DNA of 64,000 nucleotides from assembly GCA_964057225.1 (NCBI GenBank), contig OZ059897.1:17980001-18044000 (forward strand), written 5' to 3'. Source of the DNA: Auanema rhodensis (lineage: Eukaryota > Animalia > Nematoda). Below the pieces are notes generated by a model, which saw nothing but the letters and a program-made list of their open reading frames with translations, did no database searches and was not told the DNA's origin. Below are positions 27,501 to 41,398 of this stretch, one piece after another (within the stretch, counting starts at the first letter, position 1; each line of letters starts with the position of its first letter). The position numbers and the translations under genes were made by a program.

Positions 27501-30500
27501 AAGTAGATGTTTTTAGATTCCATTTTTCAAGGCAAAGACGATGGACAATGTTATTCAACGAAAAAATTAATTCTTCAGGGTGAAAATTGAGGATATAAGT
27601 GCGAACTTATATCAGTTGATATCTCGGTGCATTTTTAAGCTAGCGCAAATCTGATAACACAGATCGACGCAGCTTAAAAATCCGCATCGAATGCACTATA
27701 CTACATTGAGAAACGCTTAATACAAAAATTAGTTATAATCGTTTGAAAAATGATGCATTAGTGTATGTTGAGTTTCCATGTACACTCAACATTGCTTCCA
27801 AAAACATTTTGACAAAAATTTTTTCGAAAAATTTCAAAATAGTTTAGCAAAAAGTAGATGTTTTTAGATTCCATTTTTCAAGGCAAAGACGATGGACAAT
27901 GTTATTCAACGAAAAAATTAATTCTTCAGGGTGAAAATTGAGGATATAAGTGCGAACTTATATCAGTTGATATCTCGGTGCATTTTTAAGCTAGCGCAAA
28001 TCTGATAACACAGATCGACGCAGCTTAAAAATCCGCATCGAATGCACTATACTACATTGAGAAACACTTGATACAAAAATTAGTTATGATCGTTTGAAAA
28101 ATGATGCATTAGTGTATGTTGAGTTTCCAAGTACACTCAACATTGCTTCCAAAAACATTTTGACAAAAATTTTTTCGAAAAATTTCAAAATAATTTAGCA
28201 AAAAGTAGATGTTTTTAGATTCCATTTTTCAAGGCGAAGACGATGGACAATGTTATTCAACGAAAAAATTAATTCTTCAGGGTGAAAATCGAGGATATAA
28301 GTGTGAACTTATATCAGTTGATATCTCGGTGCATTTTTAAGCTAGCGCAAATCTGATAACACAGATCGACGCAGCTTAAAAATCCGCATCGAATGCACTA
28401 TACTACATTGAGAAACGCTTAATACAAAAATTAGTTATAATCGTTTGAAAAATGATGCATTAGTGTATGTTGAGTTTCCATGTACACTCAACATTGCTTC
28501 CAAAAACATTTTGACAAAAATTTTTTCGAAAAATTTCAAAATAGTTTAGCAAAAAGTAGATGTTTTTAGATTCCATTTTTCAAGGCAAAGACGATGGACA
28601 ATGTTATTCAACGAAAAAATTAATTCTTCAGGGTGAAAATTGAGGATATAAGTGCGAACTTATATCAGTTGATATCTCGGTGCATTTTTAAGCTAGCGCA
28701 AATCTGATAACACAGATCGACGCAGCTTAAAAATCCGCATCGAATGCACTATACTACATTGAGAAACACTTGATACAAAAATTAGTTATGATCGTTTGAA
28801 AAATGATGCATTAGTGTATGTTGAGTTTCCAAGTACACTCAACATTGCTTCCAAAAACATTTTGACAAAAATTTTTTCGAAAAATTTCAAAATAATTTAG
28901 CAAAAAGTAGATGTTTTTAGATTCCATTTTTCAAAGCGAAGACGATGGACAATGTTATTCAACGAAAAAATTAATTCTTCAGGGTGAAAATCGAGGATAT
29001 AAGTGTGAACTTATATCAGTTGATATCTCGGTGCATTTTTAAGCTAGCGCAAATCTGATAACACAGATCGACGCAGCTTAAAAATCCGCATCGAATGCAC
29101 TATACTACATCGAGAAACGCTTAATACAAAAATTAGTTATAATCGTTTGAAAAATGATGCATTAGTGTATGTTGAGTTTCCATGTACACTCAACATTGCT
29201 TCCAAAAACATTTTGACAAAAATTTTTTCGAAAAATTTCAAAATAATTTAGCAAAAAGTAGATGTTTTTAGATTCCATTTTTCAAGGCAAAGACGATGGA
29301 CAATGTTATTCAACGAAAAAATTAATTCTTCAGGGTGAAAATTGAGGATATAAGTGTGAACTTATATCAGTTGATATCTCGGTGCATTTTTAAGCTAGCG
29401 CAAATCTGATAACACAGATCGACGCAGCTTAAAAATCCGCATCGAATGCACTATACTACATTGAGAAACGCTTAATACAAAAATTAGTTATAATCGTTTG
29501 AAAAATGATGCATTAGTGTATGTTGAGTTTCCATGTACACTCAACATTGCTTCCAAAAACGTTTTGACAAAACTTTTTTCGAAAAATTTCAAAATAGTTT
29601 AGCAAAAAGTAGATGTTTTTAGATTCCATTTTTCAAGGCAAAGACGATGGACAATGTTATTCAACGAAAAAATTAATTCTTCAGGGTGAAGATTGAGGAT
29701 ATAAGTGTGAACTTATATCAGTTGATATCTCGGTGCATTTTTAAGCTAGCGCAAATCTGATAACACAGATCGACGCAGCTTAAAAATCCGCATCGAATGC
29801 ACTATACTACATTGAGAAACGCTTGATACAAAAATTAGTTATGATCGTTTGAAAAATGATGCATTAGTGTATGTTGAGTTTCCATGTACACTCAACATTG
29901 CTTCCAAAAACATTTTGACAAAAATTTTTTCGAAAAATTTCAAAATAATTTAGCAAAAAGTAGATGTTTTTAGATTCCATTTTTTAAGGCAAAGACGATG
30001 GACAATGTTATTCAACGAAAAAATTAATTCTTCAGGGTGAAAATTGAGGATATAAGTGTGAACTTATATCAGTTGATATCTCGGTGCATTTTTAAGCTAG
30101 CGCAAATCTGATAACACAGATCGACGCAGCTTAAAAATCCGCATCGAATGCACTATACTACATTGAGAAACGCTTAATACAAAAATTAGTTATAATCGTT
30201 TGAAAAATGATGCATTAGTGTATGTTGAGTTTCCATGTACACTCAACATTGCTTCCAAAAACGTTTTGACAAAAATTTTTTCGAAAAATTTCAAAATAGT
30301 TTAGCAAAAAGTAGATGTTTTTAGATTCCATTTTTCAAGGCAAAGACGATGGACAATGTTATTCAACGAAAAAATTAATTCTTCAGGGTGAAAATTGAGG
30401 ATATAAGTGTGAACTTATATCAGTTGATATCTCGGTGCATTTTTAAGCTAGCGCAAATCTGATAACACAGATCGACGCAGCTTAAAAATCCGCATCGAAT

Positions 30501-33500
30501 GCACTATACTACATCGAGAAACGCTTAATACAAAAATTAGTTATAATCGTTTGAAAAATGATGCATTAGTGTATGTTGAGTTTCCATGTACACTCAACAT
30601 TGCTTCCAAAAACATTTTGACAAAAATTTTTTCGAAAAATTTCAAAATAATTTAGCAAAAAGTAGATGTTTTTAGATTCCATTTTTCAAGGCAAAGACGA
30701 TGGACAATGTTATTCAACGAAAAAATTAATTCTTCAGGGTGAAAATTGAGGATATAAGTGTGAACTTATATCAGTTGATATCTCGGTGCATTTTTAAGCT
30801 AGCGCAAATCTGATAACACAGATCGACGCAGCTTAAAAATCCGCATCGAATGCACTATACTACATTGAGAAACGCTTAATACAAAAATTAGTTATAATCG
30901 TTTGAAAAATGATGCATTAGTGTATGTTGAGTTTCCATGTACACTCAACATTGCTTCCAAAAACGTTTTGACAAAAATTTTTTCGAAAAATTTCAAAATA
31001 GTTTAGCAAAAAGTAGATGTTTTTAGATTCCATTTTTCAAGGCAAAGACGATGGACAATGTTATTCAACGAAAAAATTAATTCTTCAGGGTGAAAATTGA
31101 GGATATAAGTGTGAACTTATATCAGTTGATATCTCGGTGCATTTTTAAGCTAGCGCAAATCTGATAACACAGATCGACGCAGCTTAAAAATCCGCATCGA
31201 ATGCACTATACTACATTGAGAAACGCTTAATACAAAAATTAGTTATAATCGTTTGAAAAATGATGCATTAGTGTATGTTGAGTTTCCATGTACACTCAAC
31301 ATTGCTTCCAAAAACGTTTTGACAAAAATTTTTTCGAAAAATTTCAAAATAGTTTAGCAAAAAGTAGATGTTTTTAGATTCCATTTTTCAAGGCAAAGAC
31401 GATGGACAATGTTATTCAACGAAAAAATTAATTCTTCAGGGTGAAAATTGAGGATATAAGTGTGAACTTATATCAGTTGATATCTCGGTGCATTTTTAAG
31501 CTAGCGCAAATCTGATAACACAGATCGACGCAGCTTAAAAATCCGCATCGAATGCACTATACTACATTGAGAAACGCTTAATACAAAAATTAGTTATAAT
31601 CGTTTGAAAAATGATGCATTAGTGTATGTTGAGTTTCCATGTACACTCAACATTGCTTCCAAAAACGTTTTGACAAAAATTTTTTCGAAAAATTTCAAAA
31701 TAGTTTAGCAAAAAGTAGATGTTTTTAGATTCCATTTTTCAAGGCAAAGACGATGGACAATGTTATTCAACGAAAAAATTAATTCTTCAGGGTGAAAATT
31801 GAGGATATAAGTGTGAACTTATATCAGTTGATATCTCGGTGCATTTTTAAGCTAGCGCAAATCTGATAACACAGATCGACGCAGCTTAAAAATCCGCATC
31901 GAATGCACTATACTACATTGAGAAACGCTTAATACAAAAATTAGTTATAATCGTTTGAAAAATGATGCATTAGTGTATGTTGAGTTTCCATGTACACTCA
32001 ACATTGCTTCCAAAAACGTTTTGACAAAAATTTTTTCGAAAAATTTCAAAATAGTTTAGCAAAAAGTAGATGTTTTTAGATTCCATTTTTCAAGGCAAAG
32101 ACGATGGACAATGTTATTCAACGAAAAAATTAATTCTTCAAGGTGAAAATTGAGGATATAAGTGTGAACTTATATCAGTTGATATCTCGGTGCATTTTTA
32201 AGCTAGCGCAAATCTGATAACACAGATCGACGCAGCTTAAAAATCCGCATCGAATGCACTATACTACATTGAGAAACGCTTAATACAAAAATTAGTTATA
32301 ATCGTTTGAAAAATGATGCATTAGTGTATGTTGAGTTTCCATGTACACTCAACATTGCTTCCAAAAACATTTTGACAAAAATTTTTTCGAAAAATTTCAA
32401 AATAATTTAGCAAAAAGTAGATGCTTTTAGATTCCATTTTCAAGGCAAAGACGATGGACAATGTTATTCAACGAAAAAATTAATTCTTCAGGGTGAAAAT
32501 TGAGGATATAAGTGTGAACTTATATCAGATGATATCTCGGTGCATTTTTAAGCTAGCGCAAATCTGATAACACAGATCGACGCAGCTTAAAAATCCGCAT
32601 CGAATGCACTATACTACATTGAGAAACGCTTAATACAAAAATTAGTTATAATCGTTTGAGAAATGATGCATTAGTGTATGTTGAGTTTCCATGTACACTC
32701 AACATTGCTTCCAAAAACATTTTGACAAAAATTTTTTCGAAAAATTTCAAAATAGTTTAGCAAAAAGTAGATGTTTTTAGATTCCATTTTTCAAGGCAAA
32801 GACGATGGACAATGTTATTCAACGAAAAAATTAATTCTTCAGGGTGAAAATTGAGGATATAAGTGCGAACTTATATCAGTTGATATCTCGGTGCATTTTT
32901 AAGCTAGCGCAAATCTGATAACACAGATCGACGCAGCTTAAAAATCCGCATCGAATGCACTATACTACATTGAGAAACACTTGATACAAAAATTAGTTAT
33001 GATCGTTTGAAAAATGATGCATTAGTGTATGTTGAGTTTCCAAGTACACTCAACATTGCTTCCAAAAACATTTTGACAAAAATTTTTTCGAAAAATTTCA
33101 AAATAATTTAGCAAAAAGTAGATGTTTTTAGATTCCATTTTTCAAGGCGAAGACGATGGACAATGTTATTCAACGAAAAAATTAATTCTTCAGGGTGAAA
33201 ATCGAGGATATAAGTGTGAACTTATATCAGTTGATATCTCGGTGCATTTTTAAGCTAGCGCAAATCTGATAACACAGATCGACGCAGCTTAAAAATCCGC
33301 ATCGAATGCACTATACTACATCGAGAAACGCTTAATACAAAAATTAGTTATAATCGTTTGAAAAATGATGCATTAGTGTATGTTGAGTTTCCATGTACAC
33401 TCAACATTGCTTCCAAAAACGTTTTGACAAAAATTTTTTCGAAAAATTTCAAAATAGTTTAGCAAAAAGTAGATGTTTTTAGATTCCATTTTTCAAGGCA

Positions 33501-36500
33501 AAGACGATGGACAATGTTATTCAACGAAAAAATTAATTCTTCAGGGTGAAAATTGAGGATATAAGTGTGAACTTATATCAGTTGATATCTCGGTGCATTT
33601 TTAAGCTAGCGCAAATCTGATAACACAGATCGACGCAGCTTAAAAATCCGCATCGAATGCACTATACTACATCGAGAAACGCTTAATACAAAAATTAGTT
33701 ATAATTGTTTGAAAAATGATGCATTAGTGTATGTTGAGTTTCCATGTACACTCAACATTGCTTCCATAAACATTTTGACAAAAATTTTTTCGAAAAATTT
33801 CAAAATAATTTAGCAAAAAGTAGATGTTTTTAGATTCCATTTTTCAAGGCAAAGACAATGGACAATGTTATTCAACGAAAAAATTAATTCTTCAGGGTGA
33901 AAATCGAGGATATAAGTGTGAACTTATATCAGTTGATATCTCGGTGCATTTTTAAGCTAGCGCAAATCTGATAACACAGATCGACGCAGCTTAAAAATCC
34001 GCATCGAATGCACTATACTACATTAAGAAACGCTTGATACAAAAATTAGTTATGATCGTTTGAAAAATGATGCATTAGTGTATGTTGAGTTTCCATGTAC
34101 ACTCAACATTGCTTCCAAAAACATTTTGACAAAAATTTTTTCGAAAAATTTCAAAATAATTTAGCAAAAAGTAGATGTTTTTAGATTCCATTTTTTAAGG
34201 CAAAGACGATGGACAATGTTATTCAACGAAAAAATTAATTCTTCAGGGTGAAAATTGAGGATATAAGTGTGAACTTATATCAGTTGATATCTCGGTGCAT
34301 TTTTAAGCTAGCGCAAATCTGATAACACAGATCGACGCAGCTTAAAAATCCGCATCGAATGCACTATACTACATTGAGAAACGCTTAATACAAAAATTAG
34401 TTATAATCGTTTGAAAAATGATGCATTAGTGTATGTTGAGTTTCCATGTACACTCAACATTGCTTCCAAAAACGTTTTGACAAAAATTTTTTCGAAAAAT
34501 TTCAAAATAGTTTAGCAAAAAGTAGATGTTTTTAGATTCCATTTTTCAAGGCAAAGACGATGGACAATGTTATTCAACGAAAAAATTAATTCTTCAGGGT
34601 GAAAATTGAGGATATAAGTGTGAACTTATATCAGATGATATCTCGGTGCATTTTTAAGCTAGCGCAAATCTGATAACACAGATCGACGCAGCTTAAAAAT
34701 CCGCATCGAATGCACTATACTACATTGAGAAACGCTTAATACAAAAATTAGTTATAATCGTTTGAGAAATGATGCATTAGTGTATGTTGAGTTTCCATGT
34801 ACACTCAACATTGCTTCCAAAAACATTTTGACAAAAATTTTTTCGAAAAATTTCAAAATAGTTTAGCAAAAAGTAGATGTTTTTAGATTCCATTTTTCAA
34901 GGCAAAGACGATGGACAATGTTATTCAACGAAAAAATTAATTCTTCAGGGTGAAAATTGAGGATATAAGTGCGAACTTATATCAGTTGATATCTCGGTGC
35001 ATTTTTAAGCTAGCGCAAATCTGATAACACAGATCGACGCAGCTTAAAAATCCGCATCGAATGCACTATACTACATTGAGAAACACTTGATACAAAAATT
35101 AGTTATGATCGTTTGAAAAATGATGCATTAGTGTATGTTGAGTTTCCAAGTACACTCAACATTGCTTCCAAAAACATTTTGACAAAAATTTTTTCGAAAA
35201 ATTTCAAAATAATTTAGCAAAAAGTAGATGCTTTTAGATTCCATTTTCAAGGCAAAGACGATGGACAATGTTATTCAACGAAAAAATTAATTCTTCAGGG
35301 TGAAAATTGAGGATATAAGTGTGAACTTATATCAGATGATATCTCGGTGCATTTTTAAGCTAGCGCAAATCTGATAACACAGATCGACGCAGCTTAAAAA
35401 TCCGCATCGAATGCACTATACTACATTGAGAAACGCTTAATACAAAAATTAGTTATAATCGTTTGAGAAATGATGCATTAGTGTATGTTGAGTTTCCATG
35501 TACACTCAACATTGCTTCCAAAAACATTTTGACAAAAATTTTTTCGAAAAATTTCAAAATAGTTTAGCAAAAAGTAGATGTTTTTAGATTCCATTTTTCA
35601 AGGCAAAGACGATGGACAATGTTATTCAACGAAAAAATTAATTCTTCAGGGTGAAAATTGAGGATATAAGTGTGAACTTATATCAGTTGATATCTCGGTG
35701 CATTTTTAAGCTAGCGCAAATCTGATAACACAGATCGACGCAGCTTAAAAATCCGCATCGAATGCACTATACTACATCGAGAAACGCTTAATACAAAAAT
35801 TAGTTATAATCGTTTGAAAAATGATGCATTAGTGTATGTTGAGTTTCCATGTACACTCAACATTGCTTCCAAAAACATTTTGACAAAAATTTTTTCGAAA
35901 AATTTCAAAATAATTTAGCAAAAAGTAGATGTTTTTAGATTCCATTTTTCAAGGCAAAGACAATGGACAATGTTATTCAACGAAAAAATTAATTCTTCAG
36001 GGTGAAAATCGAGGATATAAGTGTGAACTTATATCAGTTGATATCTCGGTGCATTTTTAAGCTAGCGCAAATCTGATAACACAGATCGACGCAGCTTAAA
36101 AATCCGCATCGAATGCACTATACTACATTAAGAAACGCTTGATACAAAAATTAGTTATGATCGTTTGAAAAATGATGCATTAGTGTATGTTGAGTTTCCA
36201 TGTACACTCAACATTGCTTCCAAAAACATTTTGACAAAAATTTTTTCGAAAAATTTCAAAATAATTTAGCAAAAAGTAGATGTTTTTAGATTCCATTTTT
36301 TAAGGCAAAGACGATGGACAATGTTATTCAACGAAAAAATTAATTCTTCAGGGTGAAAATTGAGGATATAAGTGTGAACTTATATCAGATGATATCTCGG
36401 TGCATTTTTAAGCTAGCGCAAATCTGATAACACAGATCGACGCAGCTTAAAAATCCGCATCGAATGCACTATACTACATTGAGAAACGCTTAATACAAAA

Positions 36501-39500
36501 ATTAGTTATAATCGTTTGAGAAATGATGCATTAGTGTATGTTGAGTTTCCATGTACACTCAACATTGCTTCCAAAAACATTTTGACAAAAATTTTTTCGA
36601 AAAATTTCAAAATAATTTAGCAAAAAGTAGATGTTTTTAGATTCCATTTTTCAAGGCAAAGACAATGGACAATGTTATTCAACGAAAAAATTAATTCTTC
36701 AGGGTGAAAATCGAGGATATAAGTGTGAACTTATATCAGTTGATATCTCGGTGCATTTTTAAGCTAGCGCAAATCTGATAACACAGATCGACGCAGCTTA
36801 AAAATCCGCATCGAATGCACTATACTACATTAAGAAACGCTTGATACAAAAATTAGTTATGATCGTTTGAAAAATGATGCATTAGTGTATGTTGAGTTTC
36901 CATGTACACTCAACATTGCTTCCAAAAACATTTTGACAAAAATTTTTTCGAAAAATTTCAAAATAATTTAGCAAAAAGTAGATGTTTTTAGATTCCATTT
37001 TTTAAGGCAAAGACGATGGACAATGTTATTCAACGAAAAAATTAATTCTTCAGGGTGAAAATTGAGGATATAAGTGTGAACTTATATCAGTTGATATCTC
37101 GGTGCATTTTTAAGCTAGCGCAAATCTGATAACACAGATCGACGCAGCTTAAAAATCCGCATCGAATGCACTATACTACATTGAGAAACGCTTAATACAA
37201 AAATTAGTTATAATCGTTTGAAAAATGATGCATTAGTGTATGTTGAGTTTCCATGTACACTCAACATTGCTTCCAAAAACGTTTTGACAAAAATTTTTTC
37301 GAAAAATTTCAAAATAGTTTAGCAAAAAGTAGATGTTTTTAGATTCCATTTTTCAAGGCAAAGACGATGGACAATGTTATTCAACGAAAAAATTAATTCT
37401 TCAGGGTGAAAATTGAGGATATAAGTGTGAACTTATATCAGTTGATATCTCGGTGCATTTTTAAGCTAGCGCAAATCTGATAACACAGATCGACGCAGCT
37501 TAAAAATCCGCATCGAATGCACTATACTACATTGAGAAACGCTTAATACAAAAATTAGTTATAATCGTTTGAAAAATGATGCATTAGTGTATGTTGAGTT
37601 TCCATGTACACTCAACATTGCTTCCAAAAACATTTTGACAAAAATTTTTTCGAAAAATTTCAAAATAATTTAGCAAAAAGTAGATGCTTTTAGATTCCAT
37701 TTTCAAGGCAAAGACGATGGACAATGTTATTCAACGAAAAAATTAATTCTTCAGGGTGAAAATTGAGGATATAAGTGTGAACTTATATCAGATGATATCT
37801 CGGTGCATTTTTAAGCTAGCGCAAATCTGATAACACAGATCGACGCAGCTTAAAAATCCGCATCGAATGCACTATACTACATTGAGAAACGCTTAATACA
37901 AAAATTAGTTATAATCGTTTGAGAAATGATGCATTAGTGTATGTTGAGTTTCCATGTACACTCAACATTGCTTCCAAAAACATTTTGACAAAAATTTTTT
38001 CGAAAAATTTCAAAATAGTTTAGCAAAAAGTAGATGTTTTTAGATTCCATTTTTCAAGGCAAAGACGATGGACAATGTTATTCAACGAAAAAATTAATTC
38101 TTCAGGGTGAAAATTGAGGATATAAGTGCGAACTTATATCAGTTGATATCTCGGTGCATTTTTAAGCTAGCGCAAATCTGATAACACAGATCGACGCAGC
38201 TTAAAAATCCGCATCGAATGCACTATACTACATTGAGAAACACTTGATACAAAAATTAGTTATAATCGTTTGAAAAATGATGCATTAGTGTATGTTGAGT
38301 TTCCATGTACACTCAACATTGCTTCCAAAAACATTTTGACAAAAATTTTTTCGAAAAATTTCAAAATAATTTAGCAAAAAGTAGATGCTTTTAGATTCCA
38401 TTTTCAAGGCAAAGACGATGGACAATGTTATTCAACGAAAAAATTAATTCTTCAGGGTGAAAATTGAGGATATAAGTGTGAACTTATATCAGATGATATC
38501 TCGGTGCATTTTTAAGCTAGCGCAAATCTGATAACACAGATCGACGCAGCTTAAAAATCCGCATCGAATGCACTATACTACATTGAGAAACGCTTAATAC
38601 AAAAATTAGTTATAATCGTTTGAGAAATGATGCATTAGTGTATGTTGAGTTTCCATGTACACTCAACATTGCTTCCAAAAACATTTTGACAAAAATTTTT
38701 TCGAAAAATTTCAAAATAGTTTAGCAAAAAGTAGATGTTTTTAGATTCCATTTTTCAAGGCAAAGACGATGGACAATGTTATTCAACGAAAAAATTAATT
38801 CTTCAGGGTGAAAATTGAGGATATAAGTGCGAACTTATATCAGTTGATATCTCGGTGCATTTTTAAGCTAGCGCAAATCTGATAACACAGATCGACGCAG
38901 CTTAAAAATCCGCATCGAATGCACTATACTACATTAAGAAACGCTTGATACAAAAATTAGTTATGATCGTTTGAAAAATGATGCATTAGTGTATGTTGAG
39001 TTTCCATGTACACTCAACATTGCTTCCAAAAACATTTTGACAAAAATTTTTTCGAAAAATTTCAAAATAATTTAGCAAAAAGTAGATGTTTTTAGATTCC
39101 ATTTTTTAAGGCAAAGACGATGGACAATGTTATTCAACGAAAAAATTAATTCTTCAGGGTGAAAATTGAGGATATAAGTGCGAACTTATATCAGTTGATA
39201 TCTCGGTGCATTTTTAAGCTAGCGCAAATCTGATAACACAGATCGACGCAGCTTAAAAATCCGCATCGAATGCACTATACTACATTGAGAAACACTTGAT
39301 ACAAAAATTAGTTATGATCGTTTGAAAAATGATGCATTAGTGTATGTTGAGTTTCCAAGTACACTCAACATTGCTTCCAAAAACATTTTGACAAAAATTT
39401 TTTCGAAAAATTTCAAAATAATTTAGCAAAAAGTAGATGTTTTTAGATTCCATTTTTCAAGGCGAAGACGATGGACAATGTTATTCAACGAAAAAATTAA

Positions 39501-41398
39501 TTCTTCAGGGTGAAAATCGAGGATATAAGTGTGAACTTATATCAGTTGATATCTCGGTGCATTTTTAAGCTAGCGCAAATCTGATAACACAGATCGACGC
39601 AGCTTAAAAATCCGCATCGAATGCACTATACTACATCGAGAAACGCTTAATACAAAAATTAGTTATAATCGTTTGAAAAATGATGCATTAGTGTATGTTG
39701 AGTTTCCATGTACACTCAACATTGCTTCCAAAAACGTTTTGACAAAAATTTTTTCGAAAAATTTCAAAATAGTTTAGCAAAAAGTAGATGTTTTTAGATT
39801 CCATTTTTCAAGGCAAAGACGATGGACAATGTTATTCAACGAAAAAGTTAATTCTTCAGGGTGAAAATTGAGGATATAAGTGTGAACTTATATCAGTTGA
39901 TATCTCGGTGCATTTTTAAGCTAGCGCAAATCTGATAACACAGATCGACGCAGCTTAAAAATCCGCATCGAATGCACTATACTACATCGAGAAACGCTTA
40001 ATACAAAAATTAGTTATAATCGTTTGAAAAATGATGCATTAGTGTATGTTGAGTTTCCATGTACACTCAACATTGCTTCCAAAAACATTTTGACAAAAAT
40101 TTTTTCGAAAAATTTCAAAATAATTTAGCAAAAAGTAGATGTTTTTAGATTCCATTTTTCAAGGCAAAGACAATGGACAATGTTATTCAACGAAAAAATT
40201 AATTCTTCAGGGTGAAAATCGAGGATATAAGTGTGAACTTATATCAGTTGATATCTCGGTGCATTTTTAAGCTAGCGCAAATCTGATAACACAGATCGAC
40301 GCAGCTTAAAAATCCGCATCGAATGCACTATACTACATTAAGAAACGCTTGATACAAAAATTAGTTATGATCGTTTGAAAAATGATGCATTAGTGTATGT
40401 TGAGTTTCCATGTACACTCAACATTGCTTCCAAAAACATTTTGACAAAAATTTTTTCGAAAAATTTCAAAATAATTTAGCAAAAAGTAGATGTTTTTAGA
40501 TTCCATTTTTTAAGGCAAAGACGATGGACAATGTTATTCAACGAAAAAATTAATTCTTCAGGGTGAAAATTGAGGATATAAGTGTGAACTTATATCAGTT
40601 GATATCTCGGTGCATTTTTAAGCTAGCGCAAATCTGATAACACAGATCGACGCAGCTTAAAAATCCGCATCGAATGCACTATACTACATTGAGAAACGCT
40701 TAATACAAAAATTAGTTATAATCGTTTGAAAAATGATGCATTAGTGTATGTTGAGTTTCCATGTACACTCAACATTGCTTCCAAAAACGTTTTGACAAAA
40801 ATTTTTTCGAAAAATTTCAAAATAGTTTAGCAAAAAGTAGATGTTTTTAGATTCCATTTTTCAAGGCAAAGACGATGGACAATGTTATTCAACGAAAAAA
40901 TTAATTCTTCAGGGTGAAAATTGAGGATATAAGTGTGAACTTATATCAGTTGATATCTCGGTGCATTTTTAAGCTAGCGCAAATCTGATAACACAGATCG
41001 ACGCAGCTTAAAAATCCGCATCGAATGCACTATACTACATTGAGAAACGCTTAATACAAAAATTAGTTATAATCGTTTGAAAAATGATGCATTAGTGTAT
41101 GTTGAGTTTCCATGTACACTCAACATTGCTTCCAAAAACATTTTGACAAAAATTTTTTCGAAAAATTTCAAAATAATTTAGCAAAAAGTAGATGCTTTTA
41201 GATTCCATTTTCAAGGCAAAGACGATGGACAATGTTATTCAACGAAAAAATTAATTCTTCAGGGTGAAAATTGAGGATATAAGTGTGAACTTATATCAGA
41301 TGATATCTCGGTGCATTTTTAAGCTAGCGCAAATCTGATAACACAGATCGACGCAGCTTAAAAATCCGCATCGAATGCACTATACTACATTGAGAAAC

